64,000 bases of DNA, taken from assembly GCA_038227875.1 (NCBI GenBank), contig JBBRPR010000044.1, positions 9,569 to 73,568 of the forward strand, read 5' to 3'. Position numbers and translations under genes: made by a program. Below are positions 1 to 8,851 of the stretch, piece by piece. The notes under the pieces were generated by a model. It did not search any database. It saw only the letters and a list, made by a program, of their open reading frames with translations, and was not told the DNA's origin. Origin of the DNA: Planctomycetota bacterium. Lineage in GTDB: Bacteria; Planctomycetota; SZUA-567; H5-PLA8. Numbering within the stretch: position 1 is the stretch's first letter; every line of letters begins with the position of its first letter.

Positions 1-288
1 GGCGGCGCGGGAAGCCATGCCGATTTCGGCCAGTCCCTTTCGCGCGTCAGCCACGCCGCGGGACGAGCCACCGGTCTGCACGTCCACGCGCACTTTCGGA
101 TGCTGTTTTTCAAAGCGCTTGCCCAGTTCTGAAGCCAACGGCGCAATGGTACTCGACCCGGTGAGGACCAGCTTTCCGGTCAGCTCTTCCTCGGCCGCGA
201 TGTTGCCATGCCTCAGCAGAAACATAGCCGCACTGATGGCAAATACCTGGCGGAGAGTCTTGAAAACATTCGCGTTGATATTCCGCAT
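1..288 (-). CDS. pstS: Phosphate ABC transporter substrate-binding protein (PstS/PBP family), 5' part only; runs off the window edge
   Basis: Manual minus-strand translation (not in the ORF track): MRNINANVF...KLVLTGSSTIAPLASELGKRFEKQHPKVRVDVQTGGSSRGVADARKGLAEIGMASR. It carries the PstS-type GSST, GGSS.G and IGMASR motifs. Confidence 0.8.
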   Translation of the reverse strand, partial: MRNINANVFKTLRQVFAISAAMFLLRHGNIAAEEELTGKLVLTGSSTIAPLASELGKRFEKQHPKVRVDVQTGGSSRGVADARKGLAEIGMASRAA

Positions 289-841
289 TTAGCGATCCTT
301 CAAAAATAGCAAGTTCGAGTGGTTCACAACTCGACCATTTGGAACTCTATGCCACAAGATTGCATATTTGCGCTTCTATGCAAATAATTGGCGTCTGCAA
401 CTCCCGATCTAACAATATCCTTTACATACACCGCACAGATTGGAGAATTCAAAATATTGTGCGCATGCGTAACACAGTACTATTAACGCCGTTAGTGTCC
501 GAGACCTCGAAGAACTGAAAATGCGGCGTCTTGGGCTGGCGTCTCTGTGGCCAAAACAATCTTCGCTCCCGTCGCCAATAAAAACACTGCATAACAACGG
601 TTCAATTTTCGTATCATCGTCCACTTTCCAGAGAATGTAGGGCCTCCGGTTAGAACGTATCGCTACTATAAAGTTTCGAACAATGCGTTGGACATGCTGT
701 CGGACACGAAAGCCTAAACCATCCTGGCGGAGTGGGCCGCTGACGCGCTTGGAAAGTTCAGAGACGTTGAGCGCATATTGTTTTGGTGGTTCCGCTTGGT
801 GGTTCCGCTTGGCGATTCACGCCGCTGATAGTCGCCGAGGT

Positions 842-1198
842 TCAAGCGAGTAAACGCAAGAGTTCTTCGTCGGCAAATGGAGTTGGAAGCCATTGGCAGT
901 TGTTTGGGACCGGCAGGGGGACTTTCATCGTCGCCTTTAAAAATGTAAATATGATCCTTGGGCCTGATTCGACAAGGTTAAGCAGTCGTTGGAATTCTTG
1001 ACCCGTCATTCCCGGCAAGGTGTACTCCACTATTACGAAATCAAAGACCTTTGCTCGGGCTGCCCCTGTCACTGCGGTTATGGTCTTAATTGCCTCCACT
1101 TTGCTGTTCACAAATCCCAGTACGAAGTTGTGTTGTGACAGGATTTTATACGCGGCTTCCATTTCTCCAAATTCAGGTTCAACAATGAGAATAAACAT
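842..1198 (-). CDS. Atypical single-domain response-regulator receiver (pseudo-receiver)
   Basis: MFILIVEPE...FDFVIVEYTLPGMTGQEF...IIFTF...WLPTPF follows the receiver pattern. Glu replaces the phosphoacceptor Asp and TP replaces KP. Confidence 0.65.
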   Translation of the reverse strand: MFILIVEPEFGEMEAAYKILSQHNFVLGFVNSKVEAIKTITAVTGAARAKVFDFVIVEYTLPGMTGQEFQRLLNLVESGPRIIFTFLKATMKVPLPVPNNCQWLPTPFADEELLRLLA

Positions 1199-1227
1199 GT
1201 CGGATTCCGCTCCTAGATGCCTGTATT

Positions 1228-1820
1228 TCAGACGAATAACGCGCCAGTCCATAGGACAGTGTTCAGGATGAACTGCGTGGTGAAAATGCAGCAACTATCA
1301 AGCCGACTCGGATAGATCGAAGGTCTTCCACCCGCGTCATAAGTTTTCCGAGTCTCGCGTTCATTCATGGCGGCGCGAAAATGCATCTGTGAACGCGCAC
1401 ATTCGTAGCGGGGACGCTCGTCGACTCTCCTGGACTCAGGAATTTTTAAGTTCGAACTGTCTAATGAACCGGACCCCAGTACACTGCGTTTTAATATATT
1501 TAACCGCAAGTTGTAGGGCTTCGACAAACTGGCGTTCGCACCGTTGTCCGAGTGATTCTGAAGTCGGCGTCGGTTATAAAGGTAGACGTCATGATGACCG
1601 GCGTCTTCCAATTCCTGCGCCTGAGTTCCGTGAGGACGGACAACCCGTCCCTGCCCCGCAGGCGGACGTCCATAATCGCTAGGTCGTAGTTCCCGCTTTC
1701 TAATTCGCTTGCTGCCGCGTCTCCGTCCTCGACGGCGAAGACATGGTTGCCCATGCTGGCGAGAAAGTCAGTCAGCGCTTCCCTCTGTTCACGCTCGTCC
1801 TCCGCGATCAGGATTCTCAT
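1228..1820 (-). pseudogene. Response-regulator receiver, frameshifted near 1555 (pseudogene or sequence error)
   Basis: Frame 1 reads MRILIAEDE...YDLAIMDVRLRGRDGL...TPVIMTS. The missing receiver tail GANASLSKPYNL lies in the neighbouring frame (ORF 1228..1611). The true 3' end is uncertain. Confidence 0.7.
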
Positions 1821-2176
1821 ACCAGCATGAAATAGCGAGAAGCATGCCAAGTTCTTCGGCTCGCAAGTCCCTCTCCGGCAAGGCGTTGCACGGAATATTG
1901 ACGTATTCAGATTCGTAAGGCTGAGAATGTGGTTGGCAGATTAGAGAACAGATATTCATAGCCAGGCTTCGGGTCTTCATTCAGATCTCTCGTTAAACAA
2001 GAGTCTCTAAATTCCGACTCTGGCTGTTGCCCCCTGAGAAAAGTCATCATGCGGCTTCCGGCGCCATTGTTCGGAGATGCTGGTGGGCTGCATTCTGGCC
2101 GGCGCTGGCTGGGGCGGGCTGTAATGCACCATTGTAGAACCAATGGCGGTGGGAAAATGAAGGTCAGAGAACCCGA

Positions 2177-5170
2177 TCAAAAATCGGTTCTCTTGCCGTC
2201 TTTTCCAACTAACCGCGAGACGTCCCAGACCAGCGCTGTGGTGTCCGCGCTTCCGGTCACCAGACGGGAACCATCGGGAGAGAAAGCCAGGCATGTAATT
2301 GCAGCGCCGTGTGCCTTGACCTGCGCGGCCATGTGACCGCTCTGCCATTCATAGATCTGCAGGCTGCCGTCGTTGCTGCCGACAACGAAGAACTTGCCAT
2401 CGGGAGAAAATGCCGCGCCGCCGTGACAGGTGCTCATGTTCGGGCTGCCTTCGATCTCACGGATCTTCTCGCCCGATGCCAGATCGATGAAGACGTAGCA
2501 ACGTACAAGGTCGGGAGCGTCCTTGATCACTTTTGAATTCGTGTAGGCCAGAGTCTTTCCATTCCGTGAGATGCAGAGATTCCACAGCCCCGCGGGGGCC
2601 TCGATGGAGCGAATCTTCTTTCCGGTATTCAAATCCCAGACAGCGATCTCAGGAGGGCCTTCGAAAACTCCCCATCCTCCGATTTTGATGGCCACCACTG
2701 AGCCGTCAGGAGCAAAGCATGCCGCCTGGACGTAGTCGTTGTGCGTATCCTTAATAATTTGCCAGCAGCGCAGTTCTTCACCAGTGCCAGCATCCCTGAT
2801 ATGCAGATCACCATATTGGCCCAGTGAGAGCAATCGGCCGTGGTCGTGCGTGAGGCCCACGAACTTCCTACCCACCGGCAGAGGACCTCCAAAGGGTCCG
2901 TTAGGTGGGGTAGTTTCTTCCGGAAGATCGCGCAGTTCATCGCCGGTTTCCGGATTCAAGAGACGAAGGGCACTCTTATCGGCAGCGACCAGCAGTGATG
3001 AATCAGACGAGACATTCGCAGTGGTCAGTGAGTCTTTTCCACGCGGGCACCACACACGCGGATCACGGGTTTGTCTACCTGATGCCGTATCCCAGAACCG
3101 GATGCTGCGGTCGCCACCGACCGTTGCGATGCTCTGGCCGCTCGGCGCGAAAGCAATCGCGTCGACGGATCCCTGATGACCGATGAGCTGCTCTTTCTCC
3201 CGCCCGGTGGTCAGATCGTAGATCCACAAGACGCCCACTTGTCCCTGGACAGCGACGTACTTGCCGTCCAGTGAAAACGCGCCTTCGTTGAGATAATCAA
3301 GCTTTTCACTCTGCAGGAGTACTTTACGAGAGGGCAGATCCCAGACGACGAGTGTAGAGAAGGCTTCGTCGGTTCCCACGGCACAACCGGCCAGGAGCCT
3401 GGTCCCATCGGGCGAGAAAGACAACACCCGGCCACGGCCGGCCTTCAGCGGCAGCAGTTGGCTTGTTCCGTCGGCCATGGAACGGAGAGCAACGCCACCG
3501 GACTCAAAGTACGCAACGATGCTGTGGTCCGGCGAAATTGCTCGGACGCCATTGCCTGGAATGGGCCACTCGCGGGTGGGTTGATGGGTCGAAGCGGCGG
3601 AACCGGCCAGATCCCAGATGAAGGCGGTGCTGCCTGATTCGAGCACCAGCGCCGAGCGAAGATCACTGGCATACTTCACCATGAAAGGAAGGGTAATCCG
3701 GTCGCCCTGATTTTTCAGCGGACGCTGCGCCTGAAGGGGAGCTATTTCAGTCCCACCGGCCAGTTCCCATTGTCGGATCGTTCCATCCATGCCCAACGCG
3801 GCGAAACGCGTCTCGTCCTCGGAAAATGTCAGCGTCGCCAGATCGATTCCTCGCGCAGTCAGGATTGTGCGGCCGCTTTCGAAGTCCCACACCCGCATAC
3901 AGCTCGGCCAGCTAAGCGCTCCGGGAGTTCCGGCGTTCCAGGTCATATATGATTCTGGTCCGGTCTCGATGGTGGCTGCAAACTTCCGCTTCGGAGAGAG
4001 TGCGTTCAGCGCGGCGCATGGGCGCGAGGCCGCGTTGCCGCTCTCCACATCCCAGGTGTGAAACCCCGACAGCTGCCCCCACCCCCATTCCTTTATCGAC
4101 CCTGACGCGTGAAATGCGGTTATTCCGACAGAGCACAGTTTTCCGGACTGATCGAAGCCCGTCAGACTTCCGTGGTGCCGGTAGCGCGTCGTTCCCAGCC
4201 GGGCGATGGCGCCCGGCGGAAGCGGATCGCCATTCAGATCAAGCGCACCGGCCTCCTCGATTTCCCGCTCATTCTCCGCAGCCGTCTGAGGCGGAGCAGA
4301 TGGCGGTAATTTCGTTCCCATTGCACGCACTGGTAGCTCGGATCGACCGAACCAGACCGCTGCCGAGACCATCAGAGCGATGCCGGCGGCCCACGCCGCA
4401 GAGGTCAGCGCGGATCTTCTCAGCGACAGGCGCACCAGATGGGCTGCGTGCGGTGAGGCGACAGTCATTTTTGCCGAGCCCATGTCGCGGATGCGGCCGG
4501 CGAGTGCGCTGGAAACCGCATTGCAGGGAAGGTCTGAGGAAAGGCCCTGCGCCAGGATGACCGCGAAGCTGCCAACCGGACAGCCGAGCTTGCCGGCGAG
4601 TTTTTTGATCGCTGTGTCCAAGCGTGTGTAAAGCGTCTTCTCCGGACACTGACAGCGGCGTGCGGCTTCGGAGACGGGTAGTTCCTGAAGAAAATGCAGG
4701 ACGATGGCTTCGCGCTGGGGTCGAGGCAGCGATTCGATGGCGCAATCGAGGCGTTGCCGCAGTTCGTTCCAGTTTTCCGCATCTGTAGAAGAACTCTGAG
4801 AGTTCATAGCTCCTGCTTTCCTTTCGTAATAAGCGCGGCGGAGGCATTCGCGTCGCTGGGAGCGGGCTATGTTCACGGCCACCTGGTGGATCCATCTGGC
4901 TGCGGAGTCACCGGCGGGAATGAAGCGCTTGTTCAGGAGAAATAGAAACGTGGCCTGCGTCGCATCTTCGGACCATTCGGAGCAGGCTAGGACGCGTTGG
5001 GCTGCGCCGTAAACGAGACCCGTATAGCGGCGTGTGAATTCCTCAAAACAAGCCTGCTCACCGTGTTCAAAATAACGACCCAGAAGATCGCGATCGGAGC
5101 GCTGATTCAGAGCGGATATCGGTGTCAAGTGACGGGTCTCTCCCGGGCAAGTATCCGTGGTTGTTGACAT
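2177..5170 (-). CDS. ECF sigma-70 factor fused through a TM segment to a WD40 beta-propeller
   Basis: Sigma region 2 (SDRDLL..YF...AEDATQATF-like, WIHQVAVN) and region 4 (AIESLPRPQREAIVLHFLQEL). These are followed by a hydrophobic helix, the DLNGDPLPPGAIARLG motif, and many AFSPDG / GH..SV..IAF / WD repeats. Start is uncertain. Confidence 0.9.
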   Translation of the reverse strand: MSTTTDTCPGETRHLTPISALNQRSDRDLLGRYFEHGEQACFEEFTRRYTGLVYGAAQRVLACSEWSEDATQATFLFLLNKRFIPAGDSAARWIHQVAVNIARSQRRECLRRAYYERKAGAMNSQSSSTDAENWNELRQRLDCAIESLPRPQREAIVLHFLQELPVSEAARRCQCPEKTLYTRLDTAIKKLAGKLGCPVGSFAVILAQGLSSDLPCNAVSSALAGRIRDMGSAKMTVASPHAAHLVRLSLRRSALTSAAWAAGIALMVSAAVWFGRSELPVRAMGTKLPPSAPPQTAAENEREIEEAGALDLNGDPLPPGAIARLGTTRYRHHGSLTGFDQSGKLCSVGITAFHASGSIKEWGWGQLSGFHTWDVESGNAASRPCAALNALSPKRKFAATIETGPESYMTWNAGTPGALSWPSCMRVWDFESGRTILTARGIDLATLTFSEDETRFAALGMDGTIRQWELAGGTEIAPLQAQRPLKNQGDRITLPFMVKYASDLRSALVLESGSTAFIWDLAGSAASTHQPTREWPIPGNGVRAISPDHSIVAYFESGGVALRSMADGTSQLLPLKAGRGRVLSFSPDGTRLLAGCAVGTDEAFSTLVVWDLPSRKVLLQSEKLDYLNEGAFSLDGKYVAVQGQVGVLWIYDLTTGREKEQLIGHQGSVDAIAFAPSGQSIATVGGDRSIRFWDTASGRQTRDPRVWCPRGKDSLTTANVSSDSSLLVAADKSALRLLNPETGDELRDLPEETTPPNGPFGGPLPVGRKFVGLTHDHGRLLSLGQYGDLHIRDAGTGEELRCWQIIKDTHNDYVQAACFAPDGSVVAIKIGGWGVFEGPPEIAVWDLNTGKKIRSIEAPAGLWNLCISRNGKTLAYTNSKVIKDAPDLVRCYVFIDLASGEKIREIEGSPNMSTCHGGAAFSPDGKFFVVGSNDGSLQIYEWQSGHMAAQVKAHGAAITCLAFSPDGSRLVTGSADTTALVWDVSRLVGKDGKRTDF

Positions 5171-6104
5171 GCGAATTTCCCTCGGACTGGTTTTTGTACT
5201 CGAAATCGGTCTCAATTCACTAAGTCTGTCGCAGCTCAATGGCCGCGGGAGGGAGGAATTCTTGAAAAATCTGATGAATATGAGAGCAGTAATCGCTGCT
5301 ACTTGGCCGAATGTGGCGCGGATCTCGGACGCGAAAACCGCCGGCTTGTCTCCGGAGATACTGGACGGCTTGCAGCCGTGGGTGCGCCGAGTCCGCGCCA
5401 AAGTTGACGCGATGCCGAAGCTGGCTGCGGCGCCGACGGCGACGGAAAGCGTCGCCACGATTAAGACCTCACCACTTAAAATTTCGGAACTCCCGGTGCC
5501 TGTTGCGCCGGTGGCAGACAACCACGCCAATGGCCAGGACAAAGCGAAAGAGGAGCCCAGGAATTCGGAGACCGCGAGTGCCATTAAAGAGGAACTGAAG
5601 AAGGCAGGTTGGACCGTGATTGGCGGCTCGTGGAAGAAAAAATCAGAGGGCCTTTACGAAGCAACCAATGCCAGGTTGGAAGCGGCGATCATAAACGGCA
5701 CGATCCGGTTTGCCGTGCAGAAAAGCGGCGGCGGGCGAGTGAGCGCATTTGTGCGGAACAACTACACGATCGAAAAGTCCAAGACGAATGACATGGGCGA
5801 TTTTGCCACAGGATATGGCGTCTGTGTCGATGGAAAGACCTATGGAATCTATATACCCTGGGCGCCGCAGGACGTGCAGCCCACAGCTCGAAAATTGAAG
5901 CCCCACCTTGAACGCGAGGATCACCTGCCAGTCGGTAGCACGCGTAACGAATACGGAGTCACCATGGATGGCCTGCGCCTGCAGATCGACGTGAACGGCA
6001 AGCGCGTGCGAATGACGAAATACGAAATTCCTGAGGCGGGTCCCTTTGTGCTGGTGGTGGAAGGGACGGTGCTGATCGAAAATCCACAGGTCTCGGGAAA
6101 GTAG
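5169..6104 (+). CDS. Hypothetical protein with a C-terminal beta-sandwich-like region; possibly a 5'-truncated gene
   Basis: Long ORF with a Pro/Ala linker and a beta-rich tail (GWTVIGGSW...NEYGVTMDGLRLQIDVNG). Start is unclear. Confidence 0.55.
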   Translation: MRISLGLVFVLEIGLNSLSLSQLNGRGREEFLKNLMNMRAVIAATWPNVARISDAKTAGLSPEILDGLQPWVRRVRAKVDAMPKLAAAPTATESVATIKTSPLKISELPVPVAPVADNHANGQDKAKEEPRNSETASAIKEELKKAGWTVIGGSWKKKSEGLYEATNARLEAAIINGTIRFAVQKSGGGRVSAFVRNNYTIEKSKTNDMGDFATGYGVCVDGKTYGIYIPWAPQDVQPTARKLKPHLEREDHLPVGSTRNEYGVTMDGLRLQIDVNGKRVRMTKYEIPEAGPFVLVVEGTVLIENPQVSGK

Positions 6105-6997
6105 CTATTCGGCCCTACTCCCAGCAAAAGTTGATCTGCATGCCGACAGACCGGCAAGTCCGTCAGTCAACGGCGACACAAAGCGGAATACAGGCGTCAG
6201 CGTGGCGACTGTGAAAAGCATTCATGATGCCCGGTCCGAAAGGAAGCCTCACGTTACTGTGAACTTGCGAAACTGAATCAATCTTCCGATCCTTGTGACA
6301 TTCGCAAGAATGGCTGTTGCTGAACTAGGGAAATCGAATTGAGCAAGGCAGATTTTTGGTGAAATTTATACGCACAAGCTTACTAGCCGACCCACAATAT
6401 CGTGGTCGTCCATGATTGACCTGCCAAATATGAACTCGTCATTTCAAACGTCCGGCAGTTACCCTCGTAATCGTACTGCCGTCCCCATTTCCCTTCCGGC
6501 ATTCAAAAATTGGGGCCAGAGGGTGCCAAAATCGGTCCCTCGCAAGCGTTTTTTGGGTACACTGCCCTTGGAATTCCGAGGTAAAGTTCACCCCGCAACC
6601 CTTCTATTTCTTCTTAATCTCCCCTATAACCCGATGATCTAAAAGTTCTTATATCACAACACATGACGCCTCTCAGTTCGCCTGGAGGCCATCTAAACGT
6701 CGGTCCCCCCTAAACACACTGGACTAACCTTGAAGCAGCAGCGGTGCATGCAAGACGCACTCCTCTTTTCGTCATTTCGCCGCCATTTGAACTCCCTGCG
6801 CCTGCCGTAAGAGGTCACTAAAAACACGGAAGTCCGCCTCCGCAAGCGCGTTGCGCACGTGACGCATAACGTATGCGCATTAATTTTTTTCGGATCCTGG
6901 CGGCCCGTTGAAAAAGGCTTCTTCCTCCAATTTTCTCCGTGAAACGCCTGGCTGTTGATGCGTTTCACGGCGTCGGCCGAGGGAATATCAACAACCT

Positions 6998-8632
6998 CTA
7001 CCGGCGTCCGGAAAGCTGTCCGAGTTGCTTGGCCTTCGCCGCGTCTTTCTTCAAGAGCAATTCGAGGATGCGATTGTATTGTTCGTCGAGTTTCGCGGAG
7101 GAGGCCAGTGCTCCGGCGTGCAGGAGCGCATCAGCGTCGTCGGCCATCAGCGCCAGAGCCACGTGGACCAGATCGGAATCCGTCAGATCGTGCCAGGTGA
7201 GCGGCAGCGCATTTCCGTCCAGGTCGATCGTGACACCTGAAGCCGAGGCGGACTTCACGCGCACATCCTGCTCGCGGCCCATCACATGGATGAATGCCTT
7301 CACATTCGATTTCGCATCGGGGCTCTGAAGCGCCTTGATCAGCGGCTCGCGATGCGTCGCACCATCGACGGCGGGCTTCGTCGTTTCCGAGGCCACCGGC
7401 CGTGATTCTGCGCCTGAGCGCTTGGGAGCGGCGAATTCGAATGCACCCAGATCCGGCTGATCCTTGCGCTTGTGACCGTCGCCATCTTCCTTCACTTCCT
7501 TGAGCGCCACACCCTTGTTAAGCACTCCGGTTGCGGCTGCGGTGAGATGCAGATCACCCTTGGCCAGGTCGGAGAAATACCCGTCCAGCGGCCCGGTATA
7601 ATTGTTCGACTCCGAGCCGCCGCTCAGTTCCAGCGAGCCGCACAGAATATTGCCGGCGACCTGGATGTCTTTGCACAGCGAATCGGCCACCACGCGAATG
7701 CCGCGGCTGGCGGGGTCTTTTTTGATGATCGTGTTGTGCAGCAGCCGGATGTTCTCCGCGCCGCTGAGTTCGATCGCGGCATCGGCGCTGGTCGTCACAA
7801 ACACGTTGTTGCGGCAGACGGCGTCCTTGACGTTCATCGCCGCCTTGGCATTCGATGGGTTGCCCAGCGCCACGCTGCGGTCGCAATCGACGAAGATGTT
7901 GCGTTCGACCACAATGCTCCGCGAATCGACCCAGATGAAAATCGCGCCGCGCGCCTGGCCGTTATGCCCCTTGATATTCTTGAAGACGTTGTCGGCAAAC
8001 GTCCAGTCGTCCAACTTCATCATGTCGATGCTGGTGATGTAGTCGCCATCGAACTGCCAATTGGACGGCGGAATTTTGGTGTTCTCGAAGACGCAGAAGC
8101 GGACCGAGCCTTTGGAAACATTCTTGCCGGAATCGCCCTTCGTGCCCTTGATGCCGCGGATGCCGATGTCACGGAAATGGCAATTGTAGACGTTGATGTT
8201 CTTCGGGCCGCCGTCGGCATTGATCTTCAACCCGTAGGAGTGGACTTCAGTGAACGTCAGATTCGCGATCGTGACATTTTCACTGCTGTCGATCCAGAGA
8301 ATGTCTTCGTTGTCGTGATCGCCGCCCTGGTCCCAGCCTTTGCCACGCAGAATGACTTTCGTCGGATCGCCGGACGCGCCGCGGATCGTGATGTTCTTCT
8401 TATCCTTGAGCCACATCACTGGGACGATCTGATACGTACCGTCGGCGAGCGTGATCACGTCGCCGTCCTTCGCTTGAGAGATCGCCGCGCGCAGTTGATC
8501 GGCATTGCCGACGCCCACGACACGGCCGGCTGGCGGAGGTAATGGTGGAACGGTTCGTCCGGGAATGGTCGAAGATTCGCCCGCGATCGCCGCGCCGCTC
8601 CAGATCAACACCGCAATCAATAGCAAGCGCAT
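6998..8632 (-). CDS. Secreted right-handed beta-helix (pectin-lyase-like fold) protein with a C-terminal accessory domain
   Basis: Signal peptide, AISQAKDGDVITLADGTY start motif, repeated I..N.F.. beta-helix rungs, DGDGHKR...PDLGAFEF cap, a linker, then a ~120-aa C-terminal module. Confidence 0.85.
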   Translation of the reverse strand: MRLLLIAVLIWSGAAIAGESSTIPGRTVPPLPPPAGRVVGVGNADQLRAAISQAKDGDVITLADGTYQIVPVMWLKDKKNITIRGASGDPTKVILRGKGWDQGGDHDNEDILWIDSSENVTIANLTFTEVHSYGLKINADGGPKNINVYNCHFRDIGIRGIKGTKGDSGKNVSKGSVRFCVFENTKIPPSNWQFDGDYITSIDMMKLDDWTFADNVFKNIKGHNGQARGAIFIWVDSRSIVVERNIFVDCDRSVALGNPSNAKAAMNVKDAVCRNNVFVTTSADAAIELSGAENIRLLHNTIIKKDPASRGIRVVADSLCKDIQVAGNILCGSLELSGGSESNNYTGPLDGYFSDLAKGDLHLTAAATGVLNKGVALKEVKEDGDGHKRKDQPDLGAFEFAAPKRSGAESRPVASETTKPAVDGATHREPLIKALQSPDAKSNVKAFIHVMGREQDVRVKSASASGVTIDLDGNALPLTWHDLTDSDLVHVALALMADDADALLHAGALASSAKLDEQYNRILELLLKKDAAKAKQLGQLSGRR

Positions 8633-8746
8633 GCACAGTTCCGCTATGACAGTTCAGAGAGCTTAATCGTAGAAACTACAAGATGGTAATATCCGTGCGG
8701 TGAAGTGCAAGACTTACCTTCGACCCGTCTTGCGGGATTCGCGGGA

Positions 8747-8847
8747 TACCTTGTCGTAAATTTATGACGGGGTATGTCATTTTGATCATCGGATAAATTT
8801 ATGCCGAGGTGTTGTTTCTAACCACCCGGTAAATTTACCGGGTGGTC
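8747..8847. repeat. Triplet of 28-bp NACC-N10|N10'-GGTN palindromes
   Basis: TACC-TTGTCGTAAA|TTTATGACGG-GGTA (8747-8774); GATC-ATCGGATAAA|TTTATGCCGA-GGTG (8784-8811, degenerate); AACC-ACCCGGTAAA|TTTACCGGGT-GGTC (8820-8847). Confidence 0.85.
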
Positions 8848-8851
8848 CGCG

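Noticed and set aside
783..812. 13-bp tandem duplication TTGGTGGTTCCGC x2
   Set aside because: Only two copies in an intergenic region; no function can be supported.
1834..1850. Sigma-54-like TTGGCATG-N4-TCGCT on the minus strand
   Set aside because: The -12 element is imperfect and would place the start almost on the ATG; it could be chance.
5171..5584. N-terminal 138-aa extension of the sigma-WD40 ORF
   Set aside because: It overlaps the plus-strand ORF and precedes the sigma domain; probably not translated.
6640..6692. Possible att site or tRNA 3' remnant (...GTTCGCCTGGAGGCCA)
   Set aside because: No cloverleaf, no second copy and no integrase are visible; the resemblance is too short.
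8715..8746. Possible fourth degenerate palindrome upstream of the 8747 array
   Set aside because: Arms pair poorly and the GGT end is missing; not counted.
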